Assembly: GCF_021028975.2 (NCBI RefSeq)
Contig: NC_059429.1
Coordinates: forward strand, 100,750,001 to 100,814,000
From: Sphaerodactylus townsendi
Taxonomy: Eukaryota
Direction of reading: 5' to 3'
DNA length: 64,000 nucleotides
The notes below the pieces were generated by a model. It searched no databases, was not told the DNA's origin, and was given only the letters and a program-made list of their open reading frames with translations. Position 1 is the stretch's first letter. Each line of letters starts with the position of its first letter. This document shows positions 11,201 through 23,200 of the stretch, in pieces. The position numbers and the translations under genes are program-made.

Positions 11201-14200
11201 GCTCTGTATGGTAGCATGAGAGAAGTGCTTCTGGAATATTCCAAGGGTGCATCTATTCCAGCATCATCCTTACAGAAGCGGATGCATCTGAGAAGCCTGG
11301 AGGAATGAGTGGACACAGTACGCTCCTCTCGTTGCTATTCTAGAAATTGGCATTCATAGATTCCACTAGTGATGGATTGTGTATTAAAAGCATGTAACCC
11401 AGAAGGCGCCAAACACTTTAGGTATGTGTGTAAAAAACAAACAAAACCTCTATCTTCAATATTTGTTGTCCTGAACTGATTGCCAAACAATTTAATTGAG
11501 TTATAGTATTATATGAGAGTGATATTCTTCTGTTAAGTTTCCCTTACAGCCCAATCCAGAGCCACTGATGGTGGGATATAGTGCCACTGCAGTGCTGCCC
11601 TGCCATCTTTAAGAGAGCTTCTTGGTGGCGTGGGGAGGCAAAAAATTTTTTTTAAGCCTTTCTGCCACTGGGCTCTGTGGACTCAAAAGGGTGGCGTAAG
11701 TTCAAGCCCTGGGCACCATCATTCTGACAGGCAAAGGCTGGGTGGAAGATGACTAATGTTGACTTGCCCCTCCAGCCACACCTCTTGAATGCCCTTCTAT
11801 GCTGGTGGAGGGCCATGGCAGCTGAGGACTGTGGTAGCTGCCTGCTGATGGACTTGCCCCTCTGCTAGGCTGCGTGCCACGGGAAGGGCAAATCCAGTGT
11901 ACTTGCTCTAGCTTTCTCTTTCTGGTTGGTAGCACAATTAGGTTTATACTTCTTGCAAGATTTATTCCATAAATTACATTTCATCACCAGTGACGTCTGC
12001 CAAGACAGCAATTGAGTAAGAAGCCAGACAGAATAATATAATAAGCCCAGAAAGGTACATTGCTGAAATACCAATTAAGTTGGAGAATGAATTCAGTTAT
12101 TGGTATGTATTGTATGTTTGTGTAGAGTCTTTTATGTTTAAAAACAAAAAACTTAAAGCCATATTGGTAATGGAACATGAAATCACTCATTCATGCTGTG
12201 TTTGGGAAGTAACATTATGTATGAAGAAGAGTTGGATTTATATCCCCCCTTTCTCTCCTGTAAGGAGACTCAAAGGGGCTGACAATCTCCTTTCCATTCC
12301 CCTCCCCCCACAAACACCCTGTGAGGTAGGTGGGGCTGACAGAGCTCAGAAGAACTGTGACTAGCCCAAGGTCACCCAGCTGGCGTGTGTTCACAGGCTA
12401 ATATGAATTCCCCAGATAAGCCACAGCTCAAGAGGCAGAGTGGGGAATCAAACCCAGTTCCTGCCGATTAGAGTGCACCTGCTCTTAACCACTACGCCAC
12501 TGCTTCTCAAATGTTATATGAGTATAACATTTGAAGGAAAAGATTATTCGGCATCAATAAAATCTGTATCCTAATGCCAGCATCTTATTTGTGTGGCCAG
12601 CATGTTAAGAACTTGTGAGCTCTGTTGCACTTTCGACACATATTTGAAATAAAAAAAATTTATGGCAGGGCCAAGATGTTCAGTAAAAATTCCCCATTTC
12701 CTTATTTCTCTAGTTTATTCACTGAGTGTCCAGCATCTCCTGGAGCCAGCTTTGCCAGGAAAGGTAGGGGCTGGAAATCAATTTTTTAAAAAATAATAGA
12801 GTCTGAAATTTAAGGAGGTAACTGCAGAGGAACATCTTAAATTTTTGATGAGAAGTTAACTTATTTTTGACGAGCTGTCAATTTTGTATCCAGTCCATGC
12901 AGAATGTCTGTGTAAAGTCCCTTTCTAGTTAATGGGAAGTTTGTTCCACAGTGAAATAATTCTTTTAAAGCTGCTTGAAATGAATGGGTGTTGCACAAAA
13001 ATTCAACTTGCTCTTAAGATGTTGCAGAGGAATGCAACTCGCTCTCTTACTTCCTTGTGGGTTTATATAGGAGCAGTTCTCAGTGAATCATTTATAAGCA
13101 TGTTAGAAAAACGTGATATCTGTAGACATGTCTATGGATAAAATAAGATGGCCGGGGGAGGGGTGGTGGTGGCTGCTTTACATCCCTTAGTATTAACAGC
13201 CACATGTCTCTTGAGTTTATGTTACATTATTTATGTTATAATGGGCTATGTGATCAGTGCTCTTTCAGGTGTTCAGGATCTACTAATTTGTTGTGGTGTT
13301 GAGGTTCTTGGAAACCTTCAGGTGGGTTTAAGTTGGAGTTGGATAGCAGTTATCTTATTGGTTGGAGTTGATAGCAGTTATCTTATTGCTTTCAACCAGT
13401 TTCAGAAAATGTTGCTCACTTTAGTGTTACATTAGGATTGTGTTAGTCTTTTCAAAAGCTGGACTCTGAAAATGCCATCATGATTGATATGCAGGCATTG
13501 TGTACTACTAGAAGAAATCTATTTGTGGGGGGAGGGGACCCTGTCCAGATAACTTACTGTATTGAGGCTGTTCTGAGGCTATTAGTGGTTAGTGTCAGGG
13601 GTATGGCAGTGGTGTAAGATGCATTACAGTTTTACACTCAATTACTGGTTATGCCAGTGTTGGCTGTTAAGCAACTGTGACTACTTGTGCAATAATGTGG
13701 AAGACAGTTCTTTTAACCCTTAACAGTGTGTGCATGACTATATCCCTGTAAGAACTGTGCACCTCTGCTTAGGATTGTGCTTTTTCCTACTTAAGTCAGT
13801 ACAGTGGCAGGTACCACCTTGACTCTGGCTTTTTTGGGGGGAGACAGAGAGGTTTAAATGACTTGTTCTTGAAATCAGCAAGGGAGATACTTCTCTGATG
13901 TAATTGATGAATCTCTCTGCAGTTTATAATGTGGTAGAACATTACGTTTTGAAGGGTGTGTGGAGACAACCTTGCAGTGCATTAACTTTTATCTACTGAC
14001 ATGTCCCAAGAGGGTGGGACAGCATGTTTCAGATCCCTGGAAGCTAGCCCATAATGTTTCTCATCAGTCTGGTTTCTCTTTGCTTAAATGCCTCTCAAGT
14101 GTGATAAACTTTTCCAGAGTTTCAGGTAAGAAACAACATTAGTTTGTTGACACACAGCTCTACTTTTCATTCCTTATTCATTCAAGATTAACAGATTCTG

Positions 14201-17200
14201 GAATAGTATGGTGGCCGTGGTAACATTTGGGATTTCCCCTCTTGCCTTTCTTGAAGTATTGGGTCTGTAACCTTGGATATCTGGTGCCCAGTTGTACTTA
14301 TGGCTGCTTAGGGGGAAAGTATTCCTTCCATCCTATCATTGCTATTTAATTATTTTTCTTGGTGAATGGTATCTTGTCAATTGTAACCTCAGTAGTTAGC
14401 TTCTGGAATGGAGTGTGGAGATGCCCTTGAAAATGCTGGCCATTTCAGTTAGTGCAGTTAGTGCACTCTTTAAAAGGGTCAGAAGATAAGAATCCAAGCA
14501 GCTGTTTTAAAAACAGTAGTCTGTTAGCTTCCTGTTCCAATTCAGGATGGTAGTATTACCTTCCAAAGCTCTTAACAGCTTGGTTGTCACCTGCCTGATT
14601 GAGCATCACATGATCCTACTAGTTCTTTGAAGTCCTTTCTATATATGGCTTCAGGTGCTCTTGAATCATAGGTTGTACAATTTTGAATCAGTCACCATTT
14701 GTAGCTTGATATAGTCCAATCCTCCAGGTATTTATAAAGATTGCAAAACTGTATGTCATCTGTCTCTTGATTGCTAGATGCCTGCTGATATTTCAAACAG
14801 TAGTGCTGGATTTTATCAAAGAAAGTAGGGGTGTATGTGGTTATTAGAGCAAGAAACACTCAGGCTCATGTTGTTCCTCTTTCTCTCACATGTTGCACAA
14901 AAGTGTAAGACTTTTTTATTTAGGAAGTCTTCAAACTAACTGCCATTGGGTGTGATATTAACTGGGTAGAATCATAGAGTTGGAAGAGACCCCAAGGGCC
15001 ATCATCCAACTCCCTGCAATGCAGGAACACATAATCAGAGCACTCCTGACAGATGTTATGATTTTGTTTGTTGCATAGAAATTAGCATTTTGAAGGATTA
15101 AACTTTGGTTTAGAATCCCAGTTTTAAAAAACTTAACACCCCAATCCGGGGCTCTACCTATGAAGGGGGTGCAGGATTGCACCAGCAGATTTTGCCCTCC
15201 CTGGGCGTAGCGGGGGCATTTTGGAGGTTTGGCTGGGGGAGGGGGATGGAGCTGAGATTAGTCAACTTCTACCTGGCCTTGCCTGCTGGAATGCTGGTGC
15301 CAGGGGCTTGGGCTTAAGGGTGGTGTACGCCCATAGAGTCCAATGGAAGACCCTGTGGCTGCAGGTTGGCTTTTTCTATTTCTTGCCTCCCTGCACCGTT
15401 AAGAAACCCTCGTGGAGGCAGTGGGGTGTGCTGTGTCCTGCAACCAGGGGGTCTGGATTGAGCTGTCAATCTGTTAGGGTGCTAAATTCAGGCATTACAA
15501 ATTGCAGTTAGAATGAGAACTTGCTGATTTAGGAAGTCTTCAGTTTTTGGACAGCACATGAGGAGGGAAGTGCAGGCATTGAAAGATTTCTGGCTGATTG
15601 CCAGTGCTAACTAATTGTGGTTTGTGATGCTTGAATGCAGCCCAAATAATTTTGCTATAATGTATACTTTTTGTGAACTGTTTAGGTGCTGTCGTTGGCC
15701 ATATGTTTTTTCCCCAAGCCCTCATAACATATCCGAGTCAGTAGTTTGTTATGATGTTGATGATGCATGTCTAATCAATGTAGTAAGCCATTGCACATGA
15801 ATATCTGTGGTGCTGCTGCCATGAGAATTGGGTCTCTTGTGGCTGTTACTCTGCATGATATTGATGTAAAGAAAAACAGAATGTAACAATAACATTCCTG
15901 TATCACTGTTGCTTTGCCAAGGGAGAATAATTAGTAGAAGTAGTATAGGTGTCTCTATTAACTGTTGTGAAATCAGTTGTTTTAAATTAGTGTGGGTTTT
16001 TGGGGGGACTGTACATACAGGATTAGTCTTCTCATATTTATTGTTGCTATGTAGCTTCTTGATATGACAGTTGCAGAGTGTGGCAGTTTTTGTTGCTGAA
16101 AACATGTTTTTAAACTATACTTGGCTTGGAATGAACTGACTGTAAAACAAGTTGCCAAAACTTTTTCTTCTTCTGTTGGAGATACTGGTGACCCAGAACA
16201 TTTATTCAGAGCATACTTACATAGAAGCCATTGGCTTAATTAGTTGCTGCTGAAAGTTAAATTTTCCCTTGTTCATTTGCATACAATTGTGAGGACTAGT
16301 TCTGAAGCTTTGGCTGCACTTTTTTTTTTGTGTGTATGGGGGAAAGGTTAATATGGACTCAAGAGACCGTGTTTGTGTGGTGAACAGTCTTGGTTGAGCA
16401 CTTGGATAGGATTCAGTTGCAGCAGGGGTGTCCAAGTCTGGTGCTTCAGATGGACTACAATTCCCATCAGCCCCTGCTGGTATGGCCAATTGGCCATGCC
16501 AGCATGGGGCTGATGGGAATTATAGTCCATGAACATCTGAAGCGCCAGAGTTGGACACCCCAGATCTACAGGATCCAAGGTAATCGAAGTAAGTTCTCTT
16601 CTCCCCCCACTTCTACATCCCATTGGGTATTTCTATTTTGTTTCAAGGCACCATATTCATATACAAATGGCAATTTTACCCCAGATTAAAAAGTTCACTT
16701 GCTGCTTTTGTCCTTTTGTCCTTTTGTCATATATTTCATCTGCTTTTGGATCTACTGCTGTCTTATTTCCTTGCCTCTGTTTTCCAGTGTTCCCGATGTT
16801 CCATTTTTTCCATTAGAATAATTGATAAAGTCATCAGTATTTTTCATGCAGTACATTCAGACTGAGTGAGATGCTTTTTAAGACAAGGTTATGTCAGGAC
16901 CGAGTTTCATTTCCTGTAATCCCCTGTAAGTCTCATTTCTCTGAATCCCCTGGTTCCCGCCACAGCTAAGAATCGCCCACCAACACACCCTTTATATACT
17001 GGGACTGAGGGCAAGAACCCTCAGTTCCAGCACCCTGTAGTTAGGGCGACACAAATCAATAAAGTTCATTCCTTTTTTATAAAGTCGACTTTGGCTCATT
17101 CCGCACATGCAGAATAATGCAAGTTCAAACTGCTTTCAGTGCTCTTTGAAGCTGTGCGGAATGGCAAAATCCACTTGCAAACAGTTGTGAAAGTGGTTTG

Positions 17201-20200
17201 AAAACGCATTATTTTGCTTGTGCAGAAGAGGCCTTTGTTTGAGTGTGTTCAGCCTTACAGGTTATTCCTCAGTGAGGAATGAAGATATTTCTCAGGTTTT
17301 TTTTCAGTACTTCCCCAAATTTCCCAATTTTTTCATTTGACAAGTTGAAAAGTCTGAGGACTTTTTCATGGTATGATTTTTGAGTATGAAAAATAAACTT
17401 TCCAGTTTTTTCATTAGAAAAATGGAGGAAAGTCCGTCAGTGAAAAAATAGAGCCCTGTTTTCTCAGTGTGTTTTCCCCTGCAGGCTACTTCCATTTAAC
17501 TTTATATACTAATTTGTATTTTCAAAAAGACAAATACCAGCACAACTATTATGAGAAAGCCTGGATATTTTGAGAGGGAATGTATTGTCCAGCTCTGGTT
17601 GAAACAAATCATTTAGTATTAGCCAAACATTAAAATATAAATATAGCATTTAAAGTTCTTAATGCTAAGCTCTTCACAGATAATTTACAAACTCCTTTTC
17701 TGTGTTTACAAATACATTCTGCCCTCTGACTTTGGAGTGTGTAAGGCCATGCCTCTCTGGTTCAGCTTTCAGCTCTTATTAGTTCTGGGTGATGACACTC
17801 CTAAGAGATAAAATATTCTAAAAGTTGGAAGTTATTGTTAGTTTAGTGGAGCATGCCAAAGGCATTTGTAAAAGCTGCTCTGAACCTGGACATCTATTTG
17901 CTTTAAGAAGGTCATCCCTGACATAATAGATAGAAGTCCTGGTTTGAAGAAATTAAGATTTCTTTTTTCATTCCATAAGCAGACAAAGCCACAACATTTC
18001 AAATTTGAGTTTTCAAGAACAGTCTCTTGTGTTTTTCTTTGTGCATGTGTATATTCTAGAATGCCATGATGTTAATAATGCAAATACAGATGTCCTATGT
18101 ATTTTTTTGTTTGGGACGAATATATCTATATGACAGCAGGAACACTCATGTGTACACCTTGTGAGCATTATTTTGGCGAGAAGTACCATTCCATTGGTGG
18201 AAGCAAAGCTCCTTCCTCTTTGAGTGGGCTACTGAGGGCAACATATTAGAGCAACATATTAGACCTGTTGCATTAGTGCCAACTGTGTTTCTTGGTGTAG
18301 GTAAGCTGGACTCTCTGTGAAGTGTCAGGTGGAATCCATTTCTTATTAACTCTCTTACTACTCTATCCTAACGTGAGACAAATTACTCTCTTACTCTATC
18401 CTAACGTGAGACAAATAGATTGCTTTGGAGTATGAGGGACTGGGCAAGGCATTTGCTGCCATTTTGTTGCGTGACATGAATTAAACATGAATCTTAGTGC
18501 TTCAGCTGGAATATTGCCACTTAACTGATGATTGAGAATTTTCAAGATTTCACCGTGTGATTTCTAGCAGTCCTGTTAGCAAAGGACAATTGAATTATGC
18601 TTGCTTATCGTTAAGTGTCAGGGTAAGACATGTTGTATCTTGTTCATTTATTGTGTCACGGTCTGCAGCAGCTTGTTATAAATACTTCCATGAAAGATTC
18701 TTGGCTTGTGATAACTTGTGAATTCTTGCAGAAGGTTCAGTTACCTTGGATGGATCAGTTAATATGGCTACCATAATGAAAATGTCAGTTTTAGCTATAG
18801 CTCAAAAAACTTTTCCCCCATTTGCTGTTTAGGTTTCCTTTAAGAACATAAAAACAAAAAACATTTCCTTTAAGAACATAAATCTTTGCTGTTCTTACTG
18901 TATTTGTGTCTGTAGCATAAGGAAGGTTGAGAATCCTTCCTTTCATGTTCTTTACAGATTTTGTTTAAAACTTAGTGGAAATGATCTGCTGTCTCTGTTT
19001 TGAGTTCAGAGAACCGAAATGCCTTTTGAACAAAATGTTGAGGTGGCAGATGACTTCTAATTCATTAAAAACAACACCTTTTAAATGGGAAAAAAACCCT
19101 CCAAATGTCATAATGGGCAGTGGGTTTTTTTTTCATGCCACTGCCAAAATTAGAATTCAGTTTATATGTATTTTCCTGTAGACTGAGGTGGGTAACTGTG
19201 TAGTTTTATTTACTTAGAAATGAAAATCTACCAACTCTTTGGAATTACTGCCATTACATTGTTATACTAGCATCTTTAATCTTCCTTTTAAGATATGACA
19301 TGGTTGCTAATGCAGGTTTTATGTTTGCTTTGTTTTGTGCCTCTCAGGAATAATCTTAAATTGGTATACTGTAGGTGAGAAGGAAAAAAGTGCTTTGAAG
19401 CTTTTAAATGAACTAATTGTAGCATAAGTATGCTTAGCGAACACTTCAGTGTCCTTTTAAAGCTAGCAGAAGTGAACCTGTAGTCTTGATACAAGTTTTC
19501 TGAAAGGAAAGTTTAAATTTTCTCAGTTGTGTTGCTGTTAGTTCTTCTCAACCCAGGCAATGCATTGGAATTTAGTTCTCTTATTTTTAGTGGCTTTCTC
19601 TGTCCCATCTTATGCGTTCTTCTTCCCCATCTAATTTATGTCTTGCAAGAGCAACAATGTCATTCTTTATGACAGGTAGACATACAGTGTTTTAGGAGGA
19701 AGCATGCTAAGCATTCATTGATATATCATATAGCTGTTCAGCCCATAGCCTGCTCCTTCCATACTGACATCTTGTTGCATTCAAGTGCCATTTTCAGCCC
19801 TGGTCTACTGGAGCTGGGGCTTTCCTGGCTTCTTCAGTTCTCCCTATTTTATTTTCCCCTTACTATTCTAGAAACCTTATTGTGAATGGACCACCACCAG
19901 ATGACAGCATTTGAAAGTGTGGTTTGTCACGTTCAATGTTTGGTCTTCGACCCCTGGTGCTGCAAGTGATCTACCTTGATGGTGTCCCCAGCACTGATAC
20001 TCTGAAGGTTGAACATGGATTAATAGTTACTGAACATGGTTAATAGCTGCTGATGGACCTATTTTTCATAAATCTTTCTAATCTCCTTTTAAAGCTAACT
20101 AAATTAGTGAATAGAACTTAATCTTGTACCAGTGAATTCTGCAGGTTAATCACTCTTTGAGGAAATACTGTCCATCATGAAATTACTGCTTGTCCACTTC

Positions 20201-23200
20201 ATGGGTGCCCATGTGTTCTATGGAATAGAAGAGAAAGTTCTCTTCATCCATTTTCTTTTGTATTGTTGTATAACTTTCTACATGTCACCCCCATACACTT
20301 TAAGCACCCTTTAAAAAAAACAACTGAACAGCTCAGAGTCTTTAACAGTACCATTTTTGCAATGCTCTGGTATATTTCGAATTCATGGCACAGTTGAAGG
20401 ATAAAGGGATCTTGCTAATACAAAAGCTAGTAGCCTGGCTCTAGTCTAGTAAGTAGATGTGAAAGACCTCTGCCTGTGATTGTGGAGAGTTCCTGGCAGT
20501 CTTCATAGACAATAACAACCTTTGTGGACTAATGGTTTGATTCATGTTTACAAGAAAACCAGATAGGAAGCTATTTGTAAGCTTTACCCAATGTGTGCTG
20601 CCTTGTATGTTACATACCTTCCACATGGTTTAAGGTGCCAATTTATAACTTTCTTCCTAAATGTTAGTTTTCTCTTAGGTATAGGCAAGCTATGGGTAGC
20701 CAGCTGGTCCTGTCCTGTGGCTTATGTGAGTTTCAGCAGCAAATGTTTGCATTGGATTTGCTAAGGCGGTCTTTGAAGATTGTTGCTAAACCAGTGGAGC
20801 AACTTCTGTAGGCCATAGGTGAAAAAGATCCTGCAATCCGTTTTCAAAATCCTGAGAAACTGTACTTGATCTACTCTACAGTAATCTACCCTACAGTAAT
20901 CCTCATAACTTATTTACTCTGAAAATCTAGGATGAATTTCCTAAAGCACATCCATACAATGGAGGTTAATTTTCCCTCTCCACTGAGATGTTTAATGGTA
21001 TTTAAGGTAGTATCAGCCTTGTTCCATGATGGATATCATTTTAGAAACTTCCTTGTTTGTGGTGCGTGGGTTTTGGTCATTCTGTAATTCTTAGAGAAAT
21101 ATGAATGGTATTTACTATCTAGACTGTAAAATCACAAGTTGGCCCTGAAGCACTTTGAATGTATAATTAATCTCTTTTTGCCTCCTTTAGGGAAGGAAAT
21201 GAACCAGGGGATAACATGAAGATCACGTACAATGAGTTGCTGTGTAAAGTCTGTCAGTTTGCCAATGTTCTTCAGGAGCAAGGTAAAATGGGAGTCCACA
21301 AAATATCTTCCACATATGAACATCCCAGTGACCATGATGGCCTGCTTTTCTCCTCCCAGGCTTGGAGGTGGGGTGGTGGAAGTAGAGGGATCATTCATGA
21401 CCAAGGGCCGTGCTCCAAGGAAGTGCAGTTTGGGCAGCAGAGCCCATGCCTGCCCTCCCAGCTGGGAGTTGAAGAGGCTGGTGCGGCATTGTCCCCGACC
21501 TTATTTTGTGCTTCAGAGGTGTTTCAGGAGCTCTGGAGTTTTGTCAGAATAATTGTACTTTTTTTTGTGAACCCTTATGACTTAGCATCAGTATATACTG
21601 GATTTATGATGCTAGATTCCCACTTTAAATGTGTCAGCTAATGTGATACTATCTGGAAGATTCTTGGTTTTAGTAGATTTTTCGTTTTGTGCTTTTTAAA
21701 CACAATATACAAGCCGTATCCTACTGAGATTTGCTCTCTACTTTTGGACCTTTTAAACTCAAAAGCTAGTCTCGCCATATTGCTTTGAACTTTATGACAT
21801 TGTTCCTTAGCAAATATAGCAATTCTGGTCTGTTACGCTAGCTCAACAGTTGAAAACATTTTAAAATAGCGATGGGGAATAACTCAGCTTGGCAGCGAGA
21901 GGTAGGTTAGCGCAGGGATCTTTACAACAACTATACCAGAAAATGGCTTTGAAATGTTCTACAGAGAATGCCAGGAGACCAAAATGGAATTAAATATTTT
22001 TTATAGATTTTTGGTAAAAACATTCATACAGTAAGACAAAGAGACTAAGAGATATAAGTGAGGGGGGGAGGGGGATAGGTTTGGATGAAAGATTAGGAGG
22101 GGAGCAGCGGGGACTTATATATTACCTAGGTTCAGATAAGAGGTTCCTGAAGAAGGCAAGGATTCATATGACCAGCATGTGAATCCAAGTGAAGGACAAT
22201 ATTGTGACTCAAAACCAACTGGACACAAGAGAGGTTCAGTCTAGTAAAGAGCTGGAATGAGCCAGCGAGCTCGCTAGGCGCTAGCTAGCTAGCCAGCTAG
22301 CTCTAGAGCTCTAGAGAGAGAGAGTGCGAGCTTGGAACTTGGGGTAAACTGTACTTTTATACCCCATAGCGTAATCTGGGGCAGGAGCAAGGAGCTCTCT
22401 TCCTGAAATTTCTGGATTTCCATGCTGGGATTGCTGGGTTGAGCTGATTGATTTCTAAATATCGGGACAATAGGACCAATTGTCTTGTGATTAAATCAGG
22501 GGTAGCCTTAAATGGCTTGGGCAGAGTTTCTTTTATGAGTCTCTGTCCAGATATGTCATGTAGATTTGGCTGAGGCTTGAGTTGATCAGGGAAGGAGCAA
22601 TTGTAAAGGAGTTGGTTGCTAAAGGCAGTGAGATGCAATCCTTATGGCAAGGAGTTTCCTAGAGCCTTTGTATTGTATCAACCTTGGCAGGGTGTAGTAT
22701 TCAAAGATATGTCCATAAGGCTTCCAGTCTCTGCTGATTGGATTAACCCTTTCAGTGGTTTAATTTTGCTGACAGGCCTTTTTCACGCTTGGCCTGTTTC
22801 TGGTTTGGACACTCTGCTACACACAAATGGCTGCTGACATTTGCCAGTATATATATATATGAAGTAGAAATATATATAATGAACTAGAAAAATAATATTA
22901 AATCCATTATTCCATGAAGCGGGGTAGAAAGGGTAGGGCAACAGTTCCCCCCCTTGAAAACGACTGAGCGGAGCGATGGAGTTTTCACAATAAGGAAAAG
23001 AAGGATTCGGGAAGAGGGTTGCCTCAGTGGGTCTCCCTTCTTTATCAGAGCCCACCTCTCCTAGAAGCCTAAGTAACCATGGGGATGAATCCTTGCCTTC
23101 AGGAGTGAGTAAAGAACACATATCCTTATCATAGCATAACTAACTAAAATAATAATGGAGAACTTATCTAAATTCTTACAAATATGTATAAGGAAACTAA

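Noticed and set aside
21831-22943. Endogenous foamy virus (long LTR, 4-bp TSD)
   Set aside because: The PPT is G-run, gammaretrovirus-like, and no foamy gag, pol or env motifs are visible; the call cannot be supported.
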